Source: Ramazzottius varieornatus (Eukaryota > Animalia > Tardigrada). Taken from it: a stretch of 64,000 nucleotides of DNA. This document shows, piece by piece, positions 1 through 13,172 of the stretch (position 1 is its first letter; each line of letters opens with the position of its first letter). The stretch is taken from contig BDGG01000002.1 of the NCBI GenBank assembly GCA_001949185.1, positions 3,593,826 to 3,657,825 of the forward strand. Direction: 5' to 3'. Both the position numbers and the translations under genes were made by a program. The notes under the pieces were generated by a model. It was not told the origin of the DNA. It made no database searches and saw nothing but the letters and a program-made list of their open reading frames with translations.

Positions 1-78
1 ATTACGCACGGAGTTTTGAAATTACACTCCAGTTTCTCAACAGAAAATTGACCGGAGATGCTCGATGGTCTTTTTCAG

Positions 79-473
79 CGATGATGGGTGGGCTTCTGGC
101 TGGTACAACCGAAACACCCGGCGAATACTTCTTCCACGAAGGCCTTCGTTTGAAGAAATACCGAGGAATGGGTTCGCTGGACGCCATGGAGCAGAAGAGT
201 GGTAGCGGACCTGAGCGCTACCTGATGGCCGCTGCCACCAAAGTCGCGCAGGGCGTGTCCGGCTCCGTCGTGGACAAAGGTTCCATCCACAAGTTTGTCC
301 CGTACCTTATCAACGGTATTCAATATGGTCTTCAGGACGTTGGAGCACGCAGCATCGTCCAGCTCCAGCAGTTTGCCAAAGAGGGCACTCTACGCTTCGA
401 ACGAAGGTCTCCGGCAGCGCAGTACGAAGGCGGCGTCCATGGACTACATTCCTATGAAAAACGGTTATTCTAA
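79..473 (+). CDS. IMPDH: Inosine-5'-monophosphate dehydrogenase, terminal exon (gene starts upstream of window)
   Basis: [37 protein letters not shown] and C-terminal [14 protein letters not shown] are IMPDH motifs; acceptor tttttcag ends at 78; AATAAA at 708-713. Confidence 0.95.
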
Positions 474-809
474 AAAACTGTAATGTTGGCTCAGTGGATA
501 GCGAAGCTCGAAGGTTTTATGCGCTCGTTTCAGTTCCATCGCACCTTTCGAAGTTGTCCTATGTTTTTAGTGCATTGGCTGTGATTGCTTCTACTGTAGT
601 TGATCAAAATTTAGTACATGTTGCATCCTGGAAACAACGTACAGCTTCCTATAGCAAAATGTCACGCTACTATGTTATGCTACGCTTGTTATGGCCCTGA
701 TTTGCTGAATAAAGTTCCGCTCACACAGCTTTCGTGCTTTTGAAAAGAGTGAAATACTAATGTCAGATGGCCGTGTGGTTGTGCGTGTTTGGGTTATCGC
801 TATATAGTA

Positions 810-923
810 CTGTAATGCTTCATGAACTTGGCGAACCCCGGTCGAGAACCATACCCAGACAACCCGCTAAGGGATGTTTCACGCCTAGGAGGACCACTTC
901 GCCAAGTTCATGAAGCATTACAG
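810..923. mobile_element. MITE family A (Tc1/mariner-like), TIR CTGTAATGCTTCATGAACTTGGCGAA, TA target duplication
   Basis: 26-bp perfect terminal inverted repeats with TA on both flanks (808-809, 924-925); same TIR at 24538-24680. Confidence 0.88.
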
Positions 924-1376
924 TATGGCTCCTTTAGATTGAAGAGGTTGTTGTTGTAGGTGGCGACCCGATCATTTGGTTCAATCCAATTCTACTCAGG
1001 CTTCGGTTTCAACTGGAAGACAGCATTCGGCTTCGTGGTCGTGCGATTCATCCCCGAGATCTATGGTCTAACTTGTTTTGGATCTGCCTATGTATAATTC
1101 TAATCTGTAATACTCTTGCCTGTTTTTGACTTGATGATCCAAAATGATCTGTACACAACATCTCCGTGCCTATATTTTCATAGTGAATTACTGTTTTGTC
1201 GTGAAGAAAACGTGTTGCGCGCGGAATGAAAAATACGATATAAGGCATTTTAAGCCGGTATATAAGCCCATTGTAGGCTGCAGTGTTGGTTTACTATGAC
1301 TTTCGGAATAAAAATTCCAATTACGATTTCAAAAGCATGGGACTATTGGCACCGCCTCGAACCGCCTAAAACACTA

Positions 1377-1874
1377 CACGCGCGAAGGGAAAGTTTGGCG
1401 CAGTAAAAAGTTTGGATTAGGCTGTTTCGCTACGGCGGCACGGACAGGTGCTTTTTGCTGCATGGAGAAAACAGCATAACTGGCCTTCCTGCCGTACGTA
1501 CGTTATGGGTTTCGGAACGCGCGGCTAGAAGCGTGACGCTTTTACTGGCTTCTTTTGTCCGAACGAGCACACCTTAAACACATACATAAACGCGACTCCA
1601 GAAATGAAACCTCCAATCACCTCCAAAATGGAAGCATGAAAACCGGCTGATTTCTGGACAGGAAAACAAACGACAAACTTACGGGATCCATCCAGAAGAC
1701 TAACAGCTAATACACTACACTGTACCAATGTTTACGGTAGTTTCCACTGCGGTTGAAATCTACTACGTTACGTCATGAAGGTTTCTGTTTCTTGCCTGCG
1801 TATAAAATCTAAAATTGCCGTCGTTTCCGCCTGATCCAAACTTTTTACTACGCCAAACTTTCCCTTCGCGCGTG
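1377..1874. mobile_element. MITE family B, TIR CACGCGCGAAGGGAAAGTTTGGCG...
   Basis: About 45-bp imperfect TIRs, TA on both flanks; related termini at 3202, 38595, 56769 and 58635. Confidence 0.88.
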
Positions 1875-1907
1875 TACTGACACCGCCTTTTTTAGGAATT
1901 TAGCTAA

Positions 1908-2026
1908 TGTAAATATTCGCTGCGTCCGCGCAGCACGTCATCGTACAAGTGAAGTACAGCCCCGGTCCGCTTGTACGGATTGCGCAACTCCCTACGGGGA
2001 TGCATCGTCACGTACGTGTACGTACT
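1908..2026. mobile_element. Truncated copy of MITE family C
   Basis: Closely matches the body of the element at 13891-14038 but lacks its right TIR. Confidence 0.7.
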
Positions 2027-2455
2027 GTTCAACACCACCTTAGATCCATCGATACCGCCTTTTATCGCTGTTCTTGAAATTTAACAAGAGCTAGGAATGA
2101 CACGTCAAATGTTGCAGTCCGTTTTACATGGTCCGCTCCGCAAACTGACCGTGTAGTATGCGGTACGTCGGTACGGAAAATACGGTTCTACGGACGTTCG
2201 CTGATGTCAAACGGCCAACACCATGCCCGGTTTTGAGCTTCCGCCTAGTTTTACTAGACTTGGGCTCAATTTTGATTATCTTCTTGACTATTCAACCATC
2301 CAGCTGGTTTTTCTATAATTTTACTGAGTAGACAAATTCGTTAGCTGGCTTTAGATGTATTCTTTCATTGATTTTCGTTTTCAAGTCTCAAACGATGTTA
2401 ACAAAAAGAAAGAAGCCCAGCACAAGCTGGACTTGCAGGTTACGAGTATCTCAAA

Positions 2456-2776
2456 TATAAAAGACTTCTTCTAGAACGCGAAGGAATGGAAAGGTTCCTG
2501 AAACACAGACAGCATTTCACCTCTGCATGTCTGCACTAAAACGGCTTTTCCAATTTCAATTATCGCAATACAATAATCCAATATCAATTTTCCAATTCCA
2601 ATTTCAATTATCGTAATACGATAATTGAAATTGGAATTGGAAAATTGATATTGGATTATCGTAATACGATAATTGAAATTGGAAAAGCCGTTTTAGTGCA
2701 GACATACAAAAGGAAGTTGCTGTCTGTGTTTTAGGAATCTTTCCATTCCTTCGCGGTCTAAAAGAAGTCTTTTGTG
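2456..2776. repeat. Long near-perfect palindrome (fold-back) centred on 2616
   Basis: 2461-2465 AAGAC pairs with 2767-2771 GTCTT at equal distance from the centre; single-base loop; three internal TTATCGTAATACGATAA-type sub-palindromes 48 bp apart. Confidence 0.92.
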
Positions 2777-3201
2777 ATTTATTCAAAAATTCAAATATTC
2801 AAAAAAAGGCCGATTTGGATCCATTTTCAAATTATCTATCACTAGCAAGTGGTCACTAGCAATTAGGCAATATTAGATGCTTTTTCCATCTAATGAATTA
2901 TATTAATACTTATTAGATGACTTCTGAGAAAACTTTATTAAATCAACATTAAATTAGGTGCAAAATAGCCAATTCGGCTGATATAACATATTGAACTTAG
3001 CTTATTAGGTCCAAAAACGACTAAATATAATAAATTTTATTGAATTATATCAAATTAGATTCAACCTGGAGGGTCGATATTATAGTAAAATTATATTTGG
3101 TTCGGATTTGCTTATGCCCACAATGCCCACAAAATTTGCACTGACTGTAACGCCCAACGACTTTCTGACCCCTATGGTGGGCCTCGCTCCGGCGTACCGT
3201 A

Positions 3202-3364
3202 CACGCGCGAAGGAAAAGTTTGGAACAGGCGCTTCCGAAACAGCGGAACGGAAGTTCGTGCGTACGTGCGCAATCTACACCGACGCACTTCTTGACAATT
3301 TTCTACGGTTGGATTCTCAATCTGCCGTCGTTTCCGCCGGCTCCAAACTTTCCCTTCGAGCGTG
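3202..3364. mobile_element. Short MITE family B derivative
   Basis: CACGCGCGAAGGAAAAGTTTGGA ... TCCAAACTTTCCCTTCGAGCGTG termini. Confidence 0.75.
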
Positions 3365-4949
3365 TGCCCCATACACTGAAATAGTCAGAACAGGCGCGCG
3401 AAAGAGTTCTGCGATCAGCGTTGGACGGGTAATTTACCAGGAAAATCATCCGTCTGCGATGGTCTATAAAACCACTGTTCTCCATGACACGGGGAGAACC
3501 CGTTTAACTGCTTGATCCATTTTCCTTTGCAGTTGACTTCACCCGTCTCTCGCAGGGCCTAGATGTCGCCTTCCGTACCTACCCTATCTTCGCGAAGTAT
3601 TATCAACCACATAACGATTCAGAGTTTTCACAAGATTCCGACTCTCGAGTTATCCGGAAAAACTATACACTGTGCTTCATTCGATAGATCTTGGTGAGCT
3701 GGTCAAAATGATCGCCTCCTATTCACTTATTCCCCCGCAGGATCGAGAGTTACTCCTGAAAAACTGGCCGAAAGAGACGTCCCCTAGGCCACGACGAAAT
3801 CTAGACAGAGAAGGGTGCAAGGCCTGATTTTCCTCCCGTTCTTCCGTTTTGACTTGCGTTGACCTGATGCAGGATGCTCTCTTCTCGAGGCCTGAAGAAT
3901 TGCTCAGCTCTCCCAGCTTTGTTGTGTGAGCTGCCTAGGTTCTTGTTGGAGAAAGTAAGCTTACTGATACATTACTGAAAATGAGTTCCTCTGTTCGAAT
4001 CCGACTTCGGACCACTCGTTTTCCGAATTCGTCGAGGAGCAGTTGATCTTCTACATGCATAGCAAACAGTTCCGAAAGGGCGTGCTCTACATAATGTGCT
4101 CTAGACAGCTAAGAATCGACACGGCGAAACTCAAGGTGGCATTCGCGGTCGTGGCGGGAGATCTGGCCGGTCTTCCCCCGGGTTCCAGTAGCTCGAACAC
4201 ACATCGAAGGACCTCTTGAATCTGAAGCAGAAGATCCGGTCGTGCTCAACCGCTAGCTGCAGTTTTCGGTTATGGTACAGTACAGACGTTAGAAGGGACT
4301 CGCTCATTTTCAAAGGTACGTAAATGCGGCAGCGCTCACTTCAGGTCCATTCTGAACGGCTGGAAAGGAAAGCACCCACCAAGGCACCCGTGTGACATTG
4401 GAATAATTACATGCATGCTGAGCTTGCCTTTTGAGATCTTCTTCAAGAACTGCATTTTTGTTAGCGCTCGCCGGTTGAAACATTCCTCACTGTGGTCCTT
4501 ACCTGTCATGGAATGCTGTACACGCACGAAAGAAATTACGGGTCAGTAACAATAATTCAATACGTATACATCTCTTCACGTTTCCCAACCATCAAAGCTG
4601 TCCATCCTACAATTCTTATAGTGTCGAGGACCACATAAGTCTACCAGGTACGTTTTGTACCCTATGGTGCTGTGGTCAGTTGGCTGCCGTGTGTAGTGTT
4701 TGAGGTGGTTTCGTCTCAACCGGATGTCGTGTTCCGAATAACCGATCAACAATCAGCCGAAAGAACTCACGCTGAACGGCAGAACGCAAAACAATTTTCT
4801 GTCTTCCTCCATCAGCTTCCTCCTCTTGCTCAAGCCGTCTACTCCACTTTGGGCCATATTGGAACAACTCCGGGGGACAGGCACGCTTGCCTCCGGATGT
4901 CTGTAGGTTGTTTCCACATCGTAAAAGCGGAGATAAACTCGTACAGACC

Positions 4950-7370
4950 TGAAAGCCTCAACAAAAGTCATCCGCAGAATACCAAAAGGAGCTCGTATGC
5001 TGGCAGCAACGAGTTTAACGGAAAGAATGGAAGATTTGCTTCAAAAGAGGTCGGAATCATCCTGGCGTCATTTGATGCTGTTCAGCTTTGGCTTGAAGCA
5101 GCCGGACAAAGATAAGAGCAAGAAAGGAAACCTCAACAAATTCTCGCAGCTGTAAAGAGTTTCCCCAACGGATCTGCTGGTGGCGTTGATGGCCTGAGAC
5201 CGCAGCATCTCAAAGACATGCTGTCAGGTGCACCGAACGGGGCAACGGTGGCGCTAGCAGAAGCATTGGCTAAGCTGATTACGCTGATGCTTCTGGGCAG
5301 AATTCCTGATGCTATTTGCGGTGTGCTCTACGGGGCATCGTTCACAGCCCTCAAGAAGAAAGATGGAGGCCTGGAAACACGCTACGTCGCTTGGCAGGCA
5401 AGATCGTTGGCAAGAGAGTGGGCCGTGTGATGGAGGAACAGGTCCGTCCTGAGCAAGTTGGTTGCGGTACCGGAGGTGCAGCAGAAACAGCAGTCCGTGC
5501 GGTTCGCTGCTTCCTTGAGAAGGGAAGAGACGAAAGTCAAGTGCTGCTCAAGCTAGACTTCAAGAACGCCTTCAACACTATATACCGAGAAGTTCTTCTT
5601 CGTGTTATTAAAGACTTCTTGCCTAAATACTTCCCATTTGCCTGGCAGTCTTACCGATATTCCTCGAAGCTACTGTTTGGCCAACATACTCTCGAGTCAG
5701 CAAAGGGTGAGCAGCAAGGAGACCCACTGGGGCCCTTATTGTTTTGCGTTCTCATCCAAAAGCTTGTCAAGAGCCTCACTTCCCCCCTGAATGTGTGGTA
5801 CCTCGATGACGGCACCATCGGCGGTAAGATTGAAACTGCTTTGTCAGATTTGGTGGTAATCAGCGAAGGGTGGAAGCTCGGACTGGAACTGAACTCGGCC
5901 AAACGTGAGCTTTCCTCCTTCGGGGGTTCTGCTCTGGAACGCCAAGCCGTTCAGGAAAGAGCAGCCGTCGCCTGTCCGGGTATTCTTTTTCGTTCCAGGA
6001 GCGACCTCAACCTTCTAGGAGCACCACTGATGGAAGAGGGCCTGGAGGAAGCCGTCCGAGCTAAAACAAGTAAGATCCGGTTGGTAAACGCAAACCTAAA
6101 TCTCTTGTTTGCCCACCATTTCCTGCTCAAGAACTGCCTTTGACTGCCTGAGTTGCTGTACATTCTCCGGTGCTCTCCAGTATGGAAGGTCCCTGCATTA
6201 CTCCGCGAGTTCGACGAAGTGGTTCGGTCGAGCTTGTCGGAAATTACCAACACTGGGATGGGTTCCGGTCCATGGCGGCAAGCAACACTACCTGTCGGTT
6301 TGGGTGGATTAGGCATCCGTCGTACGGAAGAAGTCGCGCTCCCTGCCTTCTAGGCTTCGCTTCATTCTGTACAACAACTGGTGCTGAGTATCCTGCCTGA
6401 AGCCGACTTGCATGGTGAAGCAAACCTCGCTCTCTCCAAATGGAGCCTCCACTCCACAGCTGAGCCTCCTGTTCCCGAACTTCGCCGCCAGCAGAAAGCC
6501 TGGGACATACCTTTGCTAAAAGAAATACACGAGCAGCTAGTAAGTACTGCTTCGGATAATGATAAAGCGCGACTTCTTGCAGTTTCAGATGAGAACTCAG
6601 GCTCCTGGCTTTATGCGCTGCTGTCATCCTTGTTGGGAAACCTGCTCGACAACAACGCCCTACGGATTAGTATTGGTTTGCTTCTTGGTGCCAAGCTATG
6701 CCGTTCCCACGTGTGTCGATGTGGCGCCAGCGTGGATGAGTTTGGCCAACACGGGTTGAGCTGTAAGTTCAGTGGAGGGCGTCACAGTCGTCACAGTGAG
6801 CTCAACGAGTCCCTAAAAATTCCTGCAGTTCTCAAACCACCCGGGATTTTCTGAAAAGACAAAAAACGGTCAGATGGAATGACGCAAGTCCCTCGGAATA
6901 ATGGTAAGGAGCTTGTATGGGACGTCACAGTTGTGGATACACAGGCTTTGACAAACTTTGCAATGTCAACGGCGAAAGCTGGATCAGCTGCTGACGCCGC
7001 CGAGAAGAGAAAGATCACGAAGTACGAGGACATCGGAAGCCAATTTGAGTTCTGCCCTGTCGGACTGGAGACCCTTGGACCTTGGGGTCCTTCCGCGACA
7101 GCGCTGTTCGAAGCTGTAGGAAAAAAGATGGCGGAAGTAACGGGCGAGCCGAGGTCATTTCAGTTTTTTAAGCAGCGAGTGTCCATAGATATTCAACGCG
7201 ATTATTGTTATTCTGTTCTGACTACTGTTAGAGATACGAAGGGTCTTGATGAAGTGTTTTATGTTTTAGATGTCAAAAAGGGAAAATCCGTGTAGCGTTT
7301 TTGTTAATTATGTATCGCTGCTTCCTCATTTTTTGAGTATAGATTATTATCTACAAATAAAGATATTTCT
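4950..7370 (+). mobile_element. Degenerate non-LTR retrotransposon with RT and C-terminal restriction-like endonuclease (CRE-like clade)
   Basis: GSAGGVDGLRPQHLKD, LDFKNAFN, QQGDPLGPLLF and WYLDDG (RT); CRCG...HGLSC...RHSRH zinc knuckle; DG...GKELVWDVTV (RLE). In-frame stops (6141-6143, 6351-6353) and frameshifts; AATAAA near 7356. 5' boundary uncertain. Confidence 0.9.
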
Positions 7371-7965
7371 AATACGTGTAACACCTAAAAAATACCACTC
7401 TAGAAGATTGGCTCTGGATAAATCAAATAGAACCTTCCTCTGCTGACTCGAATAGCTTTACCGCAGCTCTCCCAACACTTCACATCTGCTTCACGCGGTA
7501 ATCCAATCATTCGCTTCACAGGCCCATCCCGCCGTACCGTAAATAAACGCAATAAAGCAAGAAGCGAGTCCTTCACTTAGTGCGACGCACCATGACGTTA
7601 ACGATATGGCTTGTCATTAGTCAAAAGGCAGTGACGCCGGAAGCACAACAACGACAAAACAAGACGAAAGGAAGCAGCACGATGAGCTGTTCTGGAAAGG
7701 CCGAAACAGATTAGATTAGAGTCGCGTAGGCAAGCCAATTTAAAAAGACGGCGCATGAGGCGGAGTCGCACTTGTGCAGCACCAAAAAACAGCCAATAAG
7801 CTACATGCGCACCCTCAAAGGGCTCCTGTGCGCGACCATATCGCAATTCCCTGATTATCTTCTCCCGCCGCAAATCCCACCTGTTTACTTAACAGATGTC
7901 ACGTCGCATTCGGCTACCTTCTACTTCCTCGTTTAACGGATAGTAACTTTCAACCACGTGCAGGT

Positions 7966-9223
7966 ATGGGCGAATTTAAACTTCCGTCCGGGAATACCAC
8001 CAATCGGTCCTTCGAACTGGACAACTTAGAATCCATCTTCCGCTTCCACGAAAAATATCGCGACCTTGTCATAGTGTACGTTGTGATCTGCCTATTCATC
8101 TGCGTCTTCGGCGCAGTTTCGAACTCGATATGCTTAATATCCATCTACCTGTATCCACGTTTACGACACCGTGGAAATATTCTAGTGGGTCACCTGGTAC
8201 TTCTCAACGTTGTCCTGTGTTCCACTGTCTATTCCCTGAGTTCGGTGTCCCTCTTGCTTCGTGGTCTTCGATGGCTGTATCTTCCACCGAACTTCTGTAA
8301 CTGGGTGGAGTATTACTACTTTTGTATCCACTGCTTGGTGTGGCACGAATGCTTCCTTGCCATGAATCGTTTCATCGCGGTTATGCTACCTCACCACTAC
8401 AACCGCATAGCTTCTAAACGAGCCATACTACTGACCATCTTCTTAGGTTATCTCGTCCCTTTTACTTTGAACGTCTATGCATCGTCCACCACAGTTCCAA
8501 CTTTCTCGGCGAACCCACCTTTCGGCGGCTGCTTGTTCAATCTACACAGCAATACTATCTTCCAAGTTATTCACGGGGTTCTAGGAGTTTATATCCCAAT
8601 GGTGGTAATTGGTGTGGCCTACTCGATCGTCTGCATTCGGGTACTCGTCACAAAGCTGTACTTGAAGCAAAAACTGACGGGTTCCATGAAGCGAAGAGTT
8701 ATAATGGCTCAGATGCTGTTTGCGGCATTCCTATGGTTTTGTCTGACTTATCTTCCCCAACCGATACTAACGACATTCTTCAAGAGCATCTACCTTCGCT
8801 ACCCGATATCTTACTTTGGTGTGCGATGGGCTCTGGCTTTTGGATCCAGCACGAGCTCTGTAAGTGTTGTCGCGTCGGCAGACAGCTTCCAGTATGACCG
8901 TGATCCATGAACATATTGTCGGTACTCGTACTCGGTTGTAAGGAGCGGTTCACGGATGTGATCTCCGTAATGATCCCATTAACGTGTGCCACATCGATTT
9001 TCAGATTACGTACGCGATGACCAACAAAGAGTTCCGCACCGGGATGCTGTTCGTCGTACGCTGCCGGAAGGGAAACCTTGCGGAAGTGAAAGGAACTTTG
9101 GAAATGGGTAACGGCACCACACGTGGAGACGGGGCAAATTGTCGCTCTGCTTTGTACAGTGGACGACAAAATAAGCTTTCAAAAATTGAAGTGAACGGAA
9201 ACCAGGTGGACACAACGAACTAA
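7966..9223 (+). CDS. Orphan rhodopsin-class GPCR, 2 exons (7966-8859, 9005-9223)
   Basis: Seven hydrophobic segments; AMNRFIAV (DRY equivalent); CLTYLP in TM6; ITYAMTNKEFR (TM7/helix 8) follows a GT-AG intron. Confidence 0.88.
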
Positions 9224-10243
9224 ATTTGACCACTGGCTTAACGCTGATTTTAATTCGTGGCCTGTATTTAGGACGCTCTGCCCATTTTTTAAAGCTTATT
9301 TTGTCGTCCACTGTAGCTCTACTTTCGCTGATTTGAGTCCATCGGACCTCCGGATCCGTAGTTCTTTCTGCAGATTCGTGTACTGTCTATCTAGAGTCAT
9401 GGGACAAGTACAGGTCAAAATTCATGGAAACCTGTACCTCCAAACCAAAGATTACCCGCCAATGAAGCGTAACAAACGGGCAGCAATCAAAGAGTCGGGT
9501 GATATTTACTGCCGTGTTGACGTAGTTCGGAGGGCTATCGAGGGAATACAGCACCATAGTTTCAGTGACATCCGGTCAAGCGAAAAGGAGGGGTAATCTG
9601 GACTATGAGCGCTTCGACGAACGCAACCGCGATCTTGCACAGCTCCCGCTCGGGACTGATCCACGAGACCGAACCGATAATAGGTACCGATGCTTATGCT
9701 CGTTTTAAGCGTAGCTTATTTATCAATAGTTCAATACTTCTGCACCCGATACTTATCCTGTCATGGATAAGTCCGTGGGTGATGGGCCCTAATACTTTTG
9801 AGTGGTCTACCGGTACAGTGTACGACAAGCTTATTGGGTAAGTGCAGACTGTGCAGCTGCGTTGAAGCTTTATGTTTTGCGGTGACTAATGACTACCTTG
9901 AAAAACGACGTTGCAGAACTTCTACTTCTGGAATCTGGATCCTCACAGCCCGTTAAAGATCTTGAGCTCCACAATTACGAGCGAAACCATGAATACATCC
10001 ACGATGTATGGTAACAGTATTCCGGTCAATATCTGCCGGATTGAGTTCTTTTTGCTGTAAATCCGACTAAGAAGTCGATCGGTGTTGAGTTGGCGGAAGC
10101 TATTTTGATGCAGAAGTTTTGCGCAGAACACGTGTCGGTCTTTTTTATTGGTCTAGTTTTGATAATCGTCTAAATGCATTGGACCACAGGTTCACGCCAA
10201 AAGAAAAAGAAAATTTGACTTCCGGGTTCTACCCTTTTCTTTT

Positions 10244-13172
10244 CTAATGTCCTTTCTTCTTCTTTTGAGTTGGCACAAATTTCTTGTCCTCAAGTGTGCA
10301 TTCATTGGCATCCACAATACAAAGTGGCAGGCGCTGGGTGAACTTCTCCAGAAGTTCCGGAAGATCATACTTTATTGCATAGTCAATCTTGTCCTTCAGA
10401 TAAAAACGTGTTAATGATCGAGGTACAGTGTACAAAATGCATCCCTTCACGGTCTACCGTGTGGCTTTTTTGTTTGGGTTCCAGTTGGAATTACGGGTCC
10501 TTATTTGGTATTCCTAGCTTGAAACCCGGAAAAAGAGCCACCTGGAGGACCGCCCAGGGATGCATTTAATACACTGTACATACACTGCACAGTCCGGTCG
10601 CTCGAAATGCGAGCAAGTTTCTCGGTTTATTTCTAACTCCTTTCAAACATCCACCACACAGCATTCCAAGCTAAGGCCCAAAATTACATAACACATCCAA
10701 CACATCGTGCTTTGACTAATCTAATCCAGTGATTCGTCTGTGTGGGTATGGCAAGCAGCATCGGTAACTTTGGATGATTTTCGTGCTTAAAAATCTAAAA
10801 CTTCGGCTCGCATTTCGAGCCCCTGGACTAAACTCCTTCGCTCAGTGGACGAAATTAACATGCGCCGTAAAAACCCCACCGTTACGGCTTTCGGAACCCG
10901 TCGTAGCGACAACGGGTACCCGATAGCGAAGCGCAAACGGACAACACGGTGTAGGCGGTCTAGGTTTGGGTGAAGGGTCGCTCCGGCACTATGCCGTTCG
11001 GCGTGTAATGTCACCCATCGCCGTAAAGGTGGGTCACACAGCAGTCGTCCGCTGAGCGAAGAAGTTTTACCGGACTGTACACGTAAGAGAATGTTCACGA
11101 ATCAGCAAAGGAGACTCTTACCGAAGGACATCCTTTCATAAATGAGCAGGATTGTGCCAGCGTTTTGAATTGCTGCATAGGGTTTACTCCGAAGAAAGAC
11201 TTATAATCTTCCGGTTCGGGCAAGTCGTCTGCGCTGGCATTGGTTCGTCGCAGGACCGCATCGTAAATGCCGAACTTGGCGGGAAAGTGAGTTATATCCT
11301 ACAGGAAGATTTGGCGTTCATATGCCCGGCAATCGGGACCACATGCTTAACTGATAAAATGGAACATTCTGCTGTTTTCGAGACCTGTTCATTGAACCAA
11401 CCTTTTCGAGGTTCTTGTTGTTGGATCCAAAGAAGGACTTCTTCTGCAGGAAGGTGTCAACAAACTTGTCGACCAGGAAGGCGTGGTTCCGGACATCGAT
11501 CGCTCGTTCATACACCGTAGTCAACCGGTTCTTGAATCGATGATCAAGAATCCTATGCAAGTCGACCAGAAACTGTCGTTCTTGCCGACCATACAACTCC
11601 GAGCACTCCCCATCCAGCGGCTTCTCGAAGCTGGTCAGATACATCTTTGGCGCTTCGTTCACATCGAAATGCGGACCGAAAGACCATGCCACCCTTTTCA
11701 AAGCACGCACACTGTCATCGATGCTCTGTTTGTATCCACTCTCGATCAAGACGAACAATGTGTCTTCCTGGTCTTTCAGTTCCTTGAAAACAGCTTCGAG
11801 AGTCTCTCCAACGTCCACGCGATCTGGCTCGACAATGAGGATGACAGCGTCTGCGCGTGCGACGAACCACTGATGGACTTTTGCAACAGGGAACTCGCGG
11901 TCGAGCTTGCTGTTTTCGAGGATATCGGGTGTCTCCACAAAGGAGACTTTTTCCAAAAGGGGATGAGGTAGTTCAACAGCTTTTAAGTGACTAGTCAGGG
12001 ATTTTCCGAACCGTTGCAGTTGTTCAAAGCTTTCGTTGCGGAGAAGCTGAATGCCTTCAAGGGTTCGTGGCTTCTGACCGTACGAATAGATGACAAAATC
12101 GGTGTTCTCTACCACTTCTTCACCTAAAAATAGAGATGAAATCGTAAAATGGAGAAGGCCGAGTGATCTTTCATCCTTGGAATTCTCTATGGCAAGGACT
12201 GACCATCTTCGACTTCCGTTTTTCCCAAAAGGAGAGGCAATAAGGATGACTTTCCGCGCTTGTAGGGTTCCATGATCAGCACTGTCGGTTTGGCAAAGAT
12301 CTCGGCCTCTGGAAAATAAAACCGTAGAATCTTGTATACGGCACGAGATTTCACTGGGCTGAATAACTGAACTGACAGGATTCTGGTACCTCCAAAGCTA
12401 TTCAAAGCCAGCTGCTCATATTTGTAAGATTTCTCCAAAGGCTTGACTTGGTTTTCTACAATCTGGTGCAACCGCTGGAAAGCTTCGTGCATGAGAATAT
12501 CCTTGCGGCGGCGTTCTTCATGATTCTCCTCGTTCAGATGCAGAAGGTCTGGTACGCAGTAAGGGCGATCAGTTCCACAGCCAGGATCATCTTCCTCTTC
12601 TTCGTCATTAACCTTTTCATCAGTCTCGCTCTTCGCATCATCATCCTTACCATCGTCATGACCAGCTTCTTTTTTGTCATCCTCATCTTCCTTATCGTCC
12701 TCATCCTCGTTTTCCTCCTTCGCCTTATTTTTTGCGGTGTAGGCGGAGTGCTTCTTCGCGTGCACATGTGTCTTTACGTCGTCGTCTTTGTCGTCGTCTG
12801 CATTCTCCTTGTCATCCTTATCCACGTCGTCTTCCTTATCGCTCTTTTTCGATGTAAAAACAGTTTTCGTATGTTTCTTCCCAAGCGGTTTTGCATCATC
12901 ATCGTTATCATCGTTGCTTGCATCCTTCCCTGCTGTTGCCGACGGAGTGTCCTCGTCGGCTGCGACTTCCTGTTCTGGCTCGGGCTCCGGTTCTTTTTTC
13001 ACCCACACTGCCGGTTGTTAGAAGAGTATGATGCAACGTACGAAGGTCTCGTAGAAAATAGTCGGAAATTCAAGGAAAAAGGCTTGAACTACTTACTCTT
13101 CCTTCCTTCAGCACAGCTTATAAAAGCAGCCAAGCTCAAAGCAATAAAAAGAAGACAAATTTTTTGGTTCAT
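10244..13172 (-). CDS. SRL: Sarcalumenin-like luminal protein (signal peptide, acidic D/E/K domain, EHD/dynamin-like domain), multi-exon
   Basis: Signal peptide MNQKICLLFIALSLAAFISCAEG; long Asp/Glu-rich tract; VKPLEKSYKY, ELPHPLLEKVSFV, QWFVARAD, VRNHAFLVDKF, FFGVNP..F..L.Q.CSFM.GC and DKIDYAIKYDLPELL all follow the sarcalumenin pattern. Confidence 0.85.
10590..11077. mobile_element. Composite or adjacent MITE-like elements in the last sarcalumenin intron
   Basis: Outer CAGTCCGGT/ACCGGACTG ends; inner inverted pairs GCTCGAAATGCGAGC/GCTCGCATTTCGAGC and AAACTCCTTCGCTCAGTGGACGA/TCGTCCGCTGAGCGAAGAAGTTT. Confidence 0.6.

Noticed and set aside
2540-2690. Regularly spaced palindromic repeats resembling a CRISPR array or hairpin telomere
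   Set aside because: Spacers are reverse complements of each other rather than unique; eukaryotic context with no cas or resolvase gene
3108-3515. 135-aa ORF
   Set aside because: Spans a MITE; no protein motifs
11483-11971. 162-aa + strand ORF
   Set aside because: Antisense to the sarcalumenin core exon; no independent motifs
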